The notes under the pieces are model-generated. The model saw nothing but the letters and a program-made list of their open reading frames with translations. It did no database searches and was not told the origin of the DNA. The position numbers were made by a program, and so were the translations under genes. A DNA stretch of 64,000 nt from positions 1,364,001 to 1,428,000 of the forward strand of contig OZ374560.1 of NCBI GenBank assembly GCA_977862235.1, in the 5' to 3' direction. This document shows positions 24,570 through 38,328 of this stretch, in pieces. Every line of letters begins with the position of its first letter. Within the stretch, counting starts at the first letter, position 1. This DNA comes from Dudresnaya verticillata (taxonomy: Eukaryota).

Positions 24570-24791
24570 ACTGGTCTCCCGACCTAAAAGTGTGCTACGT
24601 TTCAACGAGTTACTCCGTCGTGCGACGTCCGACCTTCCGTCTCTAGACGTCCGTCGCTAATCGTCCACGACGTTCAAGCAACTCTACGACTGCATTATGG
24701 CCTCACGACCGCCGCCGTCGCGAGGCCCCAGTTCAAGAAGACCGTCATCGACGCCGGGGAGTGCCCCGCGTCGGAGCGGTCGCTACAGTGG

Positions 24792-27266
24792 ATGACAACG
24801 AGGTCTGGGCGCCTCGTGAGCCCCGAGATCGCATCGGCCTTCCCGACCGGTCCAGGCCACGACCACTCCCATATATCGCTCAACAGGGGAGAAATACCTC
24901 CCCTGCCGATACCCGTCGTCATCGGCACCACCGTTCCCAACGAATCGGCCCTCCGAACCTACCACTCGCACGTGGATTCCGCTGACACGGTACAAGCCGA
25001 ACAGCGACCCGTCGAGGACGGAGCCCAAGCCGACATCGTCGAAGAACAACCGGAAGTTCCGGTCCACCAACCAACCATACCCGTCGACGACGACCAAAGA
25101 CGCCCTGCGGGGCGCGACGTCGTAGGCGAATCACCAATCCCAAGGGGCTGTTGTCCCTCACCCCACGGCAGTACCGGATGTTCACCGGCCAGGCCGTTAG
25201 CGCAACCGCGCAGCACGGGAGGTCCGCCGCAGGCGTCGACCCCCGCGCACACACCGCCAATTTCCCCAGCATCCGCCCGCGTTGGTAATCTCACGATACC
25301 TCGCGAGCGGATTCGGGAAGTATGCATCGCCGAAGACGGTAACTTACTCGCTCGATTCGCGGAGATGCTCGACGACAATGTCGGAGGTATCTTCAGCCGT
25401 CTACAGACGTTGGAAGAAGATCGGGACGGTGCCCTTCAAGGACTCCGTTCCGACCTCGACCGTCTGATGACGAACCCCAACCAAGGGGTAGATTCTCAGC
25501 AGCCAACGGCATTGACGGTCCAGTCCCAGTCGGAACTGAATTCACGCGAACGTTTTCAACGATTGGCAACCCGCTTAGAGCGACTGGAAACCGCCAAATG
25601 GCGCCAAGGGCCGCCGTCCGATGACGATAGTTCCGAAGAAGACCGTCGACGACGCAAAGATCGCAAGAGACGGGGCAAGAAACGCCGCAAGTCGCGTCAT
25701 GGATGGAAGAAGAACCGTCGCCGACGAGGGGACTCATCCTCATCCTCTTCAGACACGTCTAGTGACGGCGGGTCAAAAGACTCTTCGTCGTCAGACGATG
25801 ACGACTACGTGGCTCACGGCAGTGCAATGCGACCCCGCGGAAAGCGATACAAGGGACTGAAGGAGCTGAGCCCCTCCAATCCTCTCTTCGACCAGTTACT
25901 ATCGTACCGCACCTACCGTCTCCAAGACGTGGGACAGAAGCGCTCCGGTCGCGAAACCGGGAAGGTCAAAGACCATATCAAGCGACTCGAGTTAACGATG
26001 AAGGACGCCGCCTTCAACGGCAGCGACCCCGTCATGGTCCTCGAATTCTTAAAGCGGTTCGCGGATGAAGCGGACACGCTAGAGATGAGCGAAGCACAAG
26101 CGTTCGTCGCGCTGCCGTACTTCTTAAAGGGCACGGCAGCCACGCAATTCCGCTCCGTCAAATCGACGTCCTCTCGCCACCGCGGCGGCGTATCATCGTT
26201 CTCGGAGGCGGTGCACTACCTACTCCGCACGTACGCCACGCCTTCGGCGATTCGAGACGCTGTCCTCGCCCTGCGGTCGAATAGTCAGAAGCAGGGCGAA
26301 GACGAAACGACTTACGGCATGAGACTCGCCGGCGCATGTATTCGTTGCGGTAACGTTTATCCCGAATGAGAAAAGATGACACTGTACATCGATGGGTTAG
26401 ACCCGACGATCAGGTCCTTAGTGGCCCGCTTCCGCGAAGAAACGCCGAGGGCGGAGTTATCTTTTGAACGTTTAGTCCACTTCGCGCAGGACGAAGGTGA
26501 CGCGCAACGCGTAAGACACGGCAGGGCCGGCTCGACGTCAGTAAGACGGGATATATTGGCCCCGGCCCAAGCCGCTCGCGCATTGCGCCCCGCCATTGGC
26601 GGCAACCGAACGGTTCTACGTGAACAGACGAGGAGCACGAAGCCTGCCGCGCGCGCTGTGATAGCGGAGTCCTCCGTTGAGTTCCGTGATGTCACCCGTC
26701 ATGCGGACGATATGGAAACACACGCCGATGGCGATCTCTATTTGGCTGATGAACAAGCATCAGTGCCAACGTCAGCGTTACCAACGGACAGCTACGTCGA
26801 AGACGAGGACACAGAGGCAATGGATCCTACACTCGCCTTTGGGCGTTCCGTTGTGCCCGCGCCACGCGTCCCGTACTCGGAGTATGCCCCCCACGTCCAT
26901 CGGGCGAGGCCAGGTTGGCAAGACAGGGGTCCGTTCCGTCAAGACGCTCGCAGACAGTTGATCTGTCATCAGTGTTATGCCCGTGGACACATCGCACCGG
27001 ACTGCTTCCTCCGCATGAGCGAGTATATGAAAGCGATCGCCAACTACGAAGGCTTAACAGAAGCCGAGAAGGCGGGGGTCCCCGCCGATGCGTACACTCT
27101 GTACAAGGAACGCGCTGCACGCGAAGCAGCACGTGCAGCGCGCCCGCCGTCGCCACGAGGCGGACCTATGCCGCATGCAGCGGAGCGTCATCCGACGGTG
27201 GTCAATCGCTACACAGCGCCGCTACAACCGCCACAGGCGAAAAATAATGAGGGTACCAACTCCTGA
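24792..27266 (+). pseudogene. gag: Gypsy-2 Gag with a premature TGA at 26367-26369
   Basis: FNGSDPVMVLEFL capsid-like region; Zn knuckle CHQCYARGHIAPDC; the two ORFs are in the same frame. Confidence 0.85.
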
Positions 27267-30200
27267 AACTGGGGTGTCGCACCAAGCAGAGATGCTCCCG
27301 CCTCGGGTGCTGACACAGAAGGAGGGCCCGAAATTAGTTAACAAATACGCCGATGGGCGGGTAGACTCGTCACAGACGTCCTTGAAGCGCCCCTGGCGTA
27401 GGTACCAGCCCCCACAAGCCCGGGGACAGTTGTTCGTAATGGCCAAAAGGAACTACAAAGTATACGCCGATCTAGGCGTAACTGTAGGTACTTTGGCGCG
27501 TAAACTCACTGTCCTCGACACGGGGGCTGGTCCGAATTTCATCCGTATTGACGATATTCCGCTAGAAGCGCGATCACGGATCGTATCCAAGAGTCTCCCC
27601 GTCATATCAGACGCTAACAACAAGGCGATTCAGACCCGGGGCACTATCGACTTAGTCGTACGTCTCGGACGAAGGGTTGTCAAGTTGGAGTTGATCGTCT
27701 GCGAAGGGCTCGCTGCGCCGGTTATACTCGGTTGCAACTTTTGCGACCGCTTTGTCGAAGCGATTTATCCGCGGAGTCGCGAGATTGAGCTGGACGACGG
27801 GACCCGTGTCCCTATAACGCGCCGCCCGCTGCGCCGGCCTCCGTCGTACCCCCCGTTGCCAACGGAACAAGAGTACGGCACGGCCGAAGGGCGAACGTCG
27901 CCCAAAATACGCGTTGCGGAACGAACGATCATCCCGCCGCAGGCGCAAAAGTGGATCTCGGTAACGACCGAGCGAGCAGGGGTCATTACCATCCAACCGT
28001 TTGGAACGTTATATGATCGGCAAGCTTTGGCCGTTACTAACGGAGTCGCTCAAGTAGAGCCGCTGAGAGTGTTCCGGATTCTCGTCGCAAATTTCTCCCC
28101 GCGCCCGCAGGCGCTCGTCAAAGGACAAGTCGTCGCTACCGCGTTGCCACATCCCACAGCAGTGTTCCCCAGTCACATAATTCTGGCCGATGTCCTAGGT
28201 ATCACCGAGGATCAGGCAACGGAGGAGGAAGCGAATCAAGATTTCCGTTTTCAAACGAACGATGGGGTGACGGCGCAGCCGGATACATTCGCTAAGTCGA
28301 TCGAAGCAACTGTAGCTAAACCTCCGTCAGTGGACGAGTTGGACCTGAGTCATCTCTCAGCCGAACATCAAGGACGGCTGAAGGGGATGCTGCGCAGGTA
28401 CTCGTCGATGCGGGACGGTTCGTTAGGAGAAATCGTAACCACGGAGCACTATATTGACTTGCTCCCCGGCTCCAGGCCGATTTCATCCCCGCCTTACCGC
28501 GCTGGCCCAAAGCAAAGGCAACTCGCTCAAGCGGAGGTTGATCGGATGTTGCGTCAGGGGGTTATCGAACCCGCACAATCGCCATGGGCGTCGCCGGTCG
28601 TCTTTGCTCCCAAGAAGGACGGTACACTCCGCTTCTGCGTTGACTACCGTCGCTTGAACGCAGTAACGGTACGGGATACGTACCCCCTCCCGCGAATCGA
28701 CGAATGTATTGACAGTCTAGGGGAAGCGAACGTCTTCACTACCCTAGACTGCAATAGTGGTTACTGGCAGGTGCCCATCAATCAGCGAGATCGCGACAAG
28801 ACGGCGTTCACGTGCCATGCCGAATTATTCCGCTACAAGCGTATGCCCTTTGGACTTACTAACGCACCGGCCACGTTTCAACGGACCCTCGATATCCTGC
28901 TTGCTGGTTATAAGTGGCGCTCATGCCTCGTCTACCTTGACGATGTGATCATCTTCTCGAACGATATTGACAGTCACTTCCGTCATGTTGACGAGATCCT
29001 TTCGACCTTGCATCGGGCCGGGGTGACATTGAAGTTGACCGAGTGCGACTTCTTCACCCCGACCGTCAACTATTTAGGCCATGTGATACGTCCGGGACGA
29101 TTGGAAGTAGACCGTACGGTCACAGCCGCGTTACGCGAAGCCAAGCATCTGCGGGACCAGAAGGAATTACGGAGCTTTCTCGGATTGTGCAACGTCTACA
29201 GACGGTTTGTATCGCGATACGCGCACGTCGTCGCTCCCCTCAACAAGTTGTTGAGGAAAGAGCAAGACTTCCGGTTACAACCGTTCACCGAGGAGCAAGC
29301 TCGGGCATTCCGCACGCTTGTCGAAGCGGTGACTCACCCGCCCATCCTGGCGTTGCCACAGCAAGGACTCCCGTACTCGGTTGATTGTGACGCGAGCGAA
29401 TACCAAGTTGGCTGCGCACTCTTTCAAACGCAGCCTGACGGCGAACGGAAGCCGCTTGGCTTCTGTCACGCTCGTTAACCGCTCCAGAGCGCAACTACTC
29501 GGTATCCGAAAAGGAATGCCTAGCAGTAGTCTGGTCGATCACGACGTTGAGACCGTACCTTCAGATGGAATCCTTCGTAGTCCATACGGACCATTCGTCG
29601 TCGAGGTGGCTCATGGAAATCAGCGACCCCTCGGGACGGTTAATGAGATGGCGCCTTCGCCTCTCTGGTTTCAACTTCGTCGTGAAGTATAAAAAGGGAT
29701 ACCTGAATACTCAGGCAGATGCCCTCTCACGTCTACAGACGAACGGCGAAACGGTCGAACCGATCGACGATGATATCCCGTGTTACTACGGAAGTTGCGT
29801 CAAAGACGAGGATCACTCGTCAGAAGACGGCTACGCTCACGCAGAAAGCGATACTTCAAGCGCCAAGGGCGAAGTCGATTTCTCCGAACGAGACTTCGAG
29901 GAGTTTGACCAGATGTTGGTTACCAACGCGCCACCGGCGGACGAAGTGCTCCTCCGTCAATTGACGCATTAAGAGTTGGTGCACGCTCAGAGCAGTGACC
30001 CGTACTGTTCCGAGATCCGGAAACGTCTGGATGACGGGGACAACCTACCGTTTGCAACGGACGAACAAGGACTATCGGTTCGGACCGTCGAGGCCCGACC
30101 CCAAGTCATTGTACCATCCGCGTTACGTGTTCGATTGCTCCATCTCCGACATCATGCTAAATTAGAAGGACATCCCGGAGGACGGAAGCTATACCGTACG

Positions 30201-31158
30201 CTTCGACGTGAGTATTATTGGCCGTCTATGTCGGTGGATTGTTACGCGACCGTCCGCAACTGCGTTACTTGCGCGAGGAACCGGGTACTGATGCGAAAGA
30301 ACGTGAAGGAGATGAAACTGTTCCCAGCAGCCGAGCCTCTCGAGTTTGTGTCCATCGATATACTCGGGGAGCTCATACGCACTACGCGGGGGAATACGTT
30401 TCTACTCGTCATCGTAGACCACTTCTCGAAGCTGGTCCGGACGGTGCCCTTACGTAAGATTACGGCATTGGAAATCACTCAGGCGTTTGTTCGACACTGG
30501 GTGCTGGTGTATGGCCCACCCAAGAAGCTGCTGTCCGACAATGGGCCGCAATTTGTAGCCAAGTTGTTCCAGGACGTCTGCCGCATCTTAGGGGTGGAGA
30601 ATCTCTTCAATACTACGTACCATCCGCAGTGTAACGGCCAAGTGGAACGATTCAATCGAACCATCCTCGCCTCCCCGCGTCACTACGTAGCAGACCACTC
30701 CAGGGACTGGGATTTGTTCACCGATGCTCTGACGTTCGCGTACAATACGCAACTGCACTCGTCCACCAACCTCGCTCCATTCGAGCTGGTGCTATCTAAG
30801 CCCCCGCGGCCATTGTCGCTGGAAGCGGAACCGTCGCTCGAAAGCGTGCCCACTGCCGGACAGTACTACACCAAATGGCGAACCTGTCTGTCCGCATTGA
30901 TGGGAACCGCTAAAGCGTCGCTCGCGAAAACGCAGGCGCGTTACAAACGGAACTTCGATACTCGTCTGCGGAAATCGAAGGAGAACATCGCTGTGGGCGA
31001 CTTTGCATTCGTGCGGAAGGAATACTTCGCCCGGGGCGGGAGCACCGATCGCTCAGAGCGCAAGCACAAGCTCGCGCCAGTGGCGGATGGACCGTATCGA
31101 GTCACTCACGTCGACGACGGGACAGTCACCGTCGACAAGGGACGCGGAGAACGCGAGC

Positions 31159-32143
31159 AACACCCATTTAAGCCATTCCAGAATCTGACTTTGAAAACAG
31201 ACTGGAGTCGAATAGCTATTTTATGGTATCGTTGGAAAGGGGAGCGTGCCCTGAGTACGATGGTGAAATCCGATTGGCCAACGGACCATTTGTTCCAAAG
31301 TTATGGCGGTTTGCGTGATTTTACACAAAATAATTCAAGGTTTTCCGAAATTTAATTTCTATGCGTCGATTTGGCCGGGCCGGGCCACTCCGTGGTCCGG
31401 ACTGGGCCAAATTGGTCCGCCCGGTCCCCCCCTGCCCCATGCGCTCGCCCCCTCTCCCTGATGCCACGGCACGCCCCCCCATGGCACACAATGCCCCGAT
31501 TGTACCGTGCCGCCCCGCGCAAAGCCGCGCAGATGCGTGCGCGACCCTGTTTCCACAGCTCCTACTCTGCCGCGCCACGCCTTCTCACCGCACGCACTGT
31601 ACTGCCCTGTGCGCGTCCGTACGGGAATACAGACTGCCTCGTCGCCCGTTTCCCGCACCCGCCCCGCGAGGCTCATGACCAGGGACAGCCCTACTACCGC
31701 GGGTGCCCACCAGCGCGCACACCCTGATCCCCGCTACCGACCCCACTTCCCATACCACTGCTGAATTTTGACTTCGCAGCGGTGAGCAGCTCGATTGGCA
31801 CCCCCGAATCTATACCGCGCTCTTATCCCACTGCGGTTATCCCAGCATCGCCAATCTTCACCGTCATCGCGTTCTCAAGCTGTACAGATGCGCGCCTGAA
31901 CCAACAACCGCCTCCCCATCTAGCTCAGTACCTGCGCAACTACTCCTGCGGCCTTAGTGATTTCCAGGGGCTTCCCAAAGATGCGACAGGGGGCGGAACG
32001 CGTGACAAGCCACGTTTGGTGCCGTGAGCGAAGGCGGGTTGTAGGGCCTAGCAGTCGGCGTCAGACAAGACGGTAGTGCGAAATGTTGTTAACTCGGTAA
32101 GCTCACGGCGGGGAAAGGCGGTGAAGGGCTTGTGGGCACGATT
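31159..32143 (+). repeat. Left TIR (core ~470 bp, extending with indels to ~32143)
   Basis: Reverse complement of ~48745-49446. Confidence 0.9.
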
Positions 32144-32252
32144 GTACTCTACTGCTAAAATGAATCATGCTCCCACCATATGCGACTAGTGCATGCACGG
32201 ATTCAACACCACAAGGAAGGTTTCGGTTAATACCCTTTACATCCAAACCCAC

Positions 32253-32522
32253 TCATGCCTCTGATTCGGGATCTTCTACCGTCCACTCCAACGGGACCTC
32301 CCAGCCCAGCAACCCTAACACACCCCGAGCTCCCCTCATCACCCCTGCTCCAACCTGGCCAGCCCTCGCGATCATTTCACGTGCCCATCCCATGAGCTGG
32401 TCCCGGAGCCAAAAAGTGGTATCCAGCTCAGCCAGGGCAACTCCGCGCGCCTCGATGATTTCAGCGCGGAGCTCCCTGAGTTCTTCTACAAGCGTTTCGG
32501 GAGCTGTGTCGGAAGGTAGCAT
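32253..32522 (-). CDS. 89-aa helical protein of unknown function, copy A
   Basis: MLPSDTAPETLVEELRELRAE..WTVEDPESEA; paralog of 46995-47264 with the same length and conservative substitutions. Confidence 0.6.
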   Translation of the reverse strand: MLPSDTAPETLVEELRELRAEIIEARGVALAELDTTFWLRDQLMGWAREMIARAGQVGAGVMRGARGVLGLLGWEVPLEWTVEDPESEA

Positions 32523-32526
32523 TTTG

Positions 32527-33228
32527 TCACCGTGCATCGCCGTTGGGGTCCGCGGTGTCCTTCATATAGACCTCGACACCGATACATTGTCTGCACTGAG
32601 TATAGAAAATACCAGCATGTGTACATCGAAGACAGCCACTTTGGCTGCACAAAGTGTAACAAAATCCACCTGCCCAATGTCTATCGTTTCGGATTTCTCC
32701 TGACTCATCAAAGAAAGCCGTGGCATACAAGACGCTGATGTTATGTTTAGCTTGCTCGGCCCTCGCCCTCCTGACCTCCTCCGAACCTTCCATATTTTCC
32801 TTGGCATAATGCCATGTGACTAATAAACGGCACATTCTCTCCAGGTCGCGAACGGGCGCGCTTGCCGTCCTAGTTGCCTCGAGTAGCACAGAATCTATGT
32901 CGTGAGCTGTTGCACCATAGAAACCGTCATCACAAACGTACTCCAACTTCTTCATCCCGGTCCTGTACACGGCATCCAGCATCTTGCAGTCATGCTCGTG
33001 TTGCGATAGAACATGGTTCAACTCGCTATTTCGACTTCCATTCATGAGTGTTTCGCTCTCACGGACTTCCAAAGCGTCCATTACCCGCCGTGGAAACTGC
33101 AAATACTCAATCCGAAGCCTCCTCGAGCGATTGTTTAGTCTGCATTTCAGCTGCGCTCTGACGTGCTTGTGAAACTTTCCAAAAGCAGATTGCATGTACT
33201 CGGGAACTGCACCAAGGCCCGAAAACAT
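32527..33228 (-). CDS. Hypothetical 233-aa protein with a C-terminal Cys cluster
   Basis: ATG-initiated; C..LC...C..C....C..C near the C-terminus; the stop lies 4 nt before the next ATG. Confidence 0.45.
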   Translation of the reverse strand: MFSGLGAVPEYMQSAFGKFHKHVRAQLKCRLNNRSRRLRIEYLQFPRRVMDALEVRESETLMNGSRNSELNHVLSQHEHDCKMLDAVYRTGMKKLEYVCDDGFYGATAHDIDSVLLEATRTASAPVRDLERMCRLLVTWHYAKENMEGSEEVRRARAEQAKHNISVLYATAFFDESGEIRNDRHWAGGFCYTLCSQSGCLRCTHAGIFYTQCRQCIGVEVYMKDTADPNGDAR

Positions 33229-33759
33229 TGTTGTGATAGACCCGATGATGTGAAAGCTCTGCTTGCTCTGATGTGAGCTTGGCGTTAGCTGCGAGGGGAT
33301 CTACTATCGTGGTAAGGGGTGAAGTACGCAGTAATGAAAATAGACGAGCCTCTCTTCACAATCTCGGCTCGAGCCGCGGAGTTCTTTGACGGTCCACGTG
33401 TATTCGTACGGCATGCATTTCAATAGACACCAATGAGGGGATATATCTTACTTCGCTCTGCAACGTGGGGCATTTCCACTACCTGTCCACTTTGTACGTT
33501 TACGCCGCCACGTGGCGTCGTTCATGGGGTGTCGTTTTGCCAGCAGGCAAGAATGTGTAGTGCCTGAGGACCTAAGCAAACTGTTACCGGCTGTTCATAA
33601 TACGAAGATCTGGGGGCACATGGCAGACGTAATGAAGACACGACATGTCAGTAGGAGTGATTAATGCTGTTCCAAATCAGAATACTAACCGGTGCGAAAA
33701 ACCAATATGTGTCAAGCAGGGAATTTGTCCGCAGCTGAACCACAGCCAAAACGCCTTTA

Positions 33760-34365
33760 CTACAGCTGTGACCACGGGTCACACTTTCCTTTACAATCGA
33801 ATGTACTGTCGCTGCTCAGCTTCTCTATTTCCTTCTTTCTGCGATTGAACTTCTGAACAGCACAGTAGTACTCGTTTCTCTCACGGTAGTTACTGAACTT
33901 CCTTTCCCCACGACACCCAACCTCAAGCAGAATGGCTAAACTTGGATCCGCCAACAGCTTCTGGTTCTGTCGATCCTGAATTTCCTGCGTGAACCGTTTG
34001 AATGCCCCTGTACACTCCTTCTCCTGCTCGTATCGAGACAATGAGCACCCTGAAATCCTTCTCAAGAAGCGTTGGAAGACAGACCGATCGAAAGGTCTGA
34101 AACCGAGTTTGTCGTATCCGCGTACTGCTATTCCGCGAGTCCTCATCAAGCAGAGAACTGAGAGCAATTGACGCTCTCCGATTCGACACGCCATTTCCTC
34201 AGTGCTCTCATCTTCTGTGCAGAGCATCTTGAGGTCGAATGAGGACAATTCTTCAGAAAGCTCCAAATTGTCCAGCTGAAATCCGACAGTTCTGTTACAC
34301 TCTGATGTATCTAGCGACCTGCCCTGGCTTCCGACTCGTTCGCTCATTGTCTCTCCAGTCTGCAT
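33760..34365 (-). CDS. Hypothetical 201-aa transposon protein
   Basis: ATG-initiated ORF with protein-like composition; no family recognised. Confidence 0.4.
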   Translation of the reverse strand: MQTGETMSERVGSQGRSLDTSECNRTVGFQLDNLELSEELSSFDLKMLCTEDESTEEMACRIGERQLLSVLCLMRTRGIAVRGYDKLGFRPFDRSVFQRFLRRISGCSLSRYEQEKECTGAFKRFTQEIQDRQNQKLLADPSLAILLEVGCRGERKFSNYRERNEYYCAVQKFNRRKKEIEKLSSDSTFDCKGKCDPWSQL

Positions 34366-35276
34366 AACGAGTTATCCTTCTGTTTGTTTCGATATTGCCC
34401 GCGCACTGTGTGTGTGGACGCATTACCCCCAAGATTTAAGTGTTCAGTTGTCAACTTTTTCTTCCAGATGGTAGAGCGGCTTTTTTCGAAACTGTACAGA
34501 TCCCAAGATAGCCACGTGGATTAAGGATATGGCCTAATCAAGGAAATGGGCGTGTCTGTAGCCACGTTTTGTTTCAGATTTGACTTTGTACAGGGCCTGT
34601 CGTGGATCGCTTCCGACGTGGGAAGACAGAATTTTGCCAATACCCTTAAACGCAGTGTCTATGCTATATACGCTATATATGCTATTGGATGATATCTCGA
34701 GATATAATATAATCAAAGTACCCTTTCCGCATATCTCAGTGGATAATAATGCCTCCCGCCCTGCTCCAAACAGCGTCACTGTGGCCTTTACGTGTTGTAA
34801 CGTGGCGGAAAAGGCTGCATGATTTCTTACTCCACCTAAGAATTCAGGCGGCCCCTCATGACGAGGAAAAGTGAAATCAGAACCTCTGGACGGTAGGTTT
34901 GTCCTGTCGTATGGTCTCCCGATTCTTAATCCTGCACTTTGCGGACTGTAAGGTAGTTTTCACTGATTAAAGCAGTACGAGTTGCACGAGGTGGTCAAAC
35001 CGTTCTGGCACTAGACATGGGAATACTGAACGGGCATGTGCACTGCAGTATCAATATGCCATCCACTGACTCTGAAATGATTGCAGCCTGAGCCTCGACG
35101 ACAACAAAGTTAACAGAACGTTTCACGCCTATACGAGCATAAGCTCGTGTCCCGCAACGTGTTATCAAGACATTCAGCATCCTGCAATAAGGGCTGCAGA
35201 ATTGCGGAACCCACAGAACAGAACTGTGACAGACCTTCGAAACTCGCCGCCGCGTTCAACAGGGAGTTTGTACGAG

Positions 35277-38229
35277 ATGACGAGAAAGGGAACAGGACAA
35301 GGGGTTGATAGCTCCCCTGCAGAAGCAGAAATAGCTTCCTCCATTAGTAGAGGGAAGGCGTTGTTCGCTGATGTCATGGATGGCTCGGTCAACATTCGAA
35401 TCGACCCCAGAGCATGTATTCCATTGACACAGATAAGGCCTGTTGTGCGATCTGGTGTGGAACGACTAAAAGCGCGTTTTCACCTACGTTCTTCTCAAGA
35501 CAGGGAGGGAGTTGTTGGCTATGTCGCTGGGTCCGACTCCCCTATCGTTGTAGAACTAAACGGAGCACTAAGGGGTTTGGTTGTAGCATATTTCAAGAAG
35601 TCGAAAACAGAAGGAGGAAATTTGTGTTCCGACGAGGATGCATCGGTAAAGTCGAATAGTCGTGCCAAGTGGTATGGTATTGTGGATGGAGTACATCGAC
35701 ATCGTGTCATATCAGAATTAATGGAGGAAGTTCCCACAGTGTGGCAATCGTTTGCGTGGCCAGTCACCGTACTGAAAAGGCGGTCACAGCGTCTGTGAAC
35801 TACGACAGCTTGCCCGTCACCAGAATGAGAAACATGCACAGGGGTATTTCATCGAAACTATGTTTTACGATCTTATCCACGGCTTGCGACAGGAGGCTGA
35901 CCGGTTGCAATCCAAGACAGGGAAGCAACCCAGCGCCCCCAGAATTGCTGAGGCTTATGATAGCTCGAAGCTGTATCGCAACAACACCATTAAACAGACT
36001 GCTCAGACTGTTATGCGTTTGGATCAGAAGGTTATCGATGCAATAGGACTCATCACAAATGAGGAAAGGCCGGACTTGGCTGCCAAGATAAGCTGCGACA
36101 GGGAAGGCACGTCGATGGACAAAGATGGGGCAATGCGAAGCGTCGACTGTAGAGTGTACAGGAAATTCATCCATATATCGTCTCTAAAGTCTGCAGCATC
36201 ATACATTAATGCAAGCAAGATGTCGGACGGGGTGGAAGTCCAGATAGCTACATTGTACAGACTCCGTGAAATGCACCGACTTCAGAACTTCCGGCCTGTG
36301 GCAAGCTATCAGACCCTGGAGCAGTTTCAGAAAGCGAAGGAGGCAATGAAGGAAGCGCGTAAATTCGAACGAGTGTTGGAGACCCAAACTTGGCCGGAAG
36401 GTATGCAGGTCATTCGGGAAAACCTTTTGCACTCCACGAAGTTGGACCATGAGGTACGCGCGAACTTCGGCAACGATCAGGATGTTATAAAGCCGTTGCT
36501 TGATGCATATCGAAGGGAATGCCCTCAGGAAGCTCCACGGAAAGAAAAGAAGTTTAGATACCAGTTCCGCACACAGGTCGAGTCCCAGGGGGAATCCAAT
36601 CCCGCAACTGGCCAGAAGGAGAACCATTCGGTTTCAATGTCTAAGATTGGCTCCGATAGCGTGGTTGATCGGAGCAATGCCGAGGAAAAGGATGGAATGG
36701 ACGGGATGGCACTTGAAGAAGAGCAGGAAAATCTCGACATAACTACCGGCGTCGTCAATCAGACACTGCATATGACCACACCGGTCAAGGTGCATGGCAA
36801 TGAAGACGGCGAGAATGGTGAGACCGGTACAGCAGAACAGGTTGATCAGCGTGGAGAGAATGTTTCCAGGCCCTCTCTTCGCTCAGCGGCATCTACTCGA
36901 CAATCGGAGAGATTAAAAACATCGTCTATTGTTATCTCCAAATGCGGAATAAGCACCCATCAGATGCTGTGGGAAGAGTAGGACCAGTCAATCCGAAACG
37001 AGTCCAGTCCTCTATTTGACCTTGTCCTTGCAGACCCACCGTACGGGACACCGAAGGGCATGTCAGACGCTGGTACTGCGTATGATAACAGGTTTGCTGA
37101 AGAGGACGTCAGGCGGTTGTGTGAGTTCTGCGGACGAGTAGTGAAGGAGGGTGGGTGGGTCTTCATCTTTTGCAGTTTTATGAACTTCCCCACATTTAGA
37201 AGAGCTCTTACGGAGAAGAGCTTCGATTGCCCGCAGTACCCATTTGTGATATGCAAGGACACATCTACGATGCAGATAAGTCGCAGGAAGGGATTACAAA
37301 ATGGTGCTGAGATTGCAGTATTTGGCAGGCGAAAAGGAATATCGAAGGCATCATTCTCCCCCGACTTGTCAAGTCCGTACCACTACGTTCCATGTGGCGA
37401 GAGAAGAAAGTTCGCTGTCATGAAATCTGTTCCCGCGGCAAGGGATAAAATTCTGAAGCCTGGAACGACTAGAGCTCCGCTTCTCACAGAAGAAAAGAAC
37501 CCGGACATGCTCACTGAAGTCCTTACCACGTTCTGCCCTGACGGAGGTTCTGTTCTGGACACACACGCCGGAACGATGACTACAGGAATTGCGTGTCTCA
37601 GATTGGATCGGAAGTGCACTCTTGTGGAAAGCAAAGCTGAGACGTTCAGATTAGCCACAGAAAGACTACAACGCCTCGCCAACGAGAAACAGAGTTGCGT
37701 ATCTGGGGATTTACTTCCAAATAAGCGTTCAACGGATCTTTCGGAGACGCAAGAAAAATCGAAGAAGGCGCGTCAAGCTGAGTGCGGAGTGGCATCGCAC
37801 ACTAAGGATGTCACAGAAGCGGGGAAGGATGAAAAACAGGGTTACAGTGTCGTGCAAGACTCAGTAGCAGTGAAAGACAAAATCTTGTCTCAGGACTCTT
37901 CCTTCAAGCGCGGTGGGGCGAAACTGAAAGGGGGCGACAGAGTGTGGCTCAGATACGGGCAGCAGAAAGTTGGGGAGGCGACAATTCAGCCGAATGAAGA
38001 CGGAACTGGGGTTAAGGAGAAAATGCACGGTCACTCGTTGCAGCAGTTCAGCAAACCTGGTGAACATCTCGTGGCGGTGTTCTCATTCAATCTGTTAGAG
38101 GCATTTTCTGACAAGCCATACAATTACACCTTCAAGGGCCCGGAGGAACAACCGGCCCTGCTTAGAGAGTTAACTGCATTCTTTGCGTGGGATCTCAAAG
38201 AGATGGAACCTTTCGAACCCGAGTCGTAG
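35277..38229 (+). pseudogene. ParB/Srx-domain + beta-class N6-adenine/N4-cytosine DNA methyltransferase + transposase-shared C-terminal domain (~983 aa reconstructed)
   Basis: PIVV..YGIVDGVHR (DGVHR at 35685-35699); +1 slip in the A-run at ~35775; in-frame TAG at 36979-36981; then DLVLADPPY (DPPY at 37033-37044), EEKNP and VLDTHAGTMTTG (37552-37587). Confidence 0.85.
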
Positions 38230-38328
38230 ACATCTTGAAACACCTGCACTTTTGCTGCGTAATAAACTCACATTTTTCGCCGGTCAAGAGTGCGCTTCGT
38301 TCAGCAGGCAGCTCTCGTTTCCATACCC

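Noticed and set aside
35277..38229. Bacterial or prophage contamination as the source of the ParB-MTase
   Set aside because: The gene lies inside TIRs with a TSD in a eukaryotic retrotransposon and shares a domain with the adjacent transposase.
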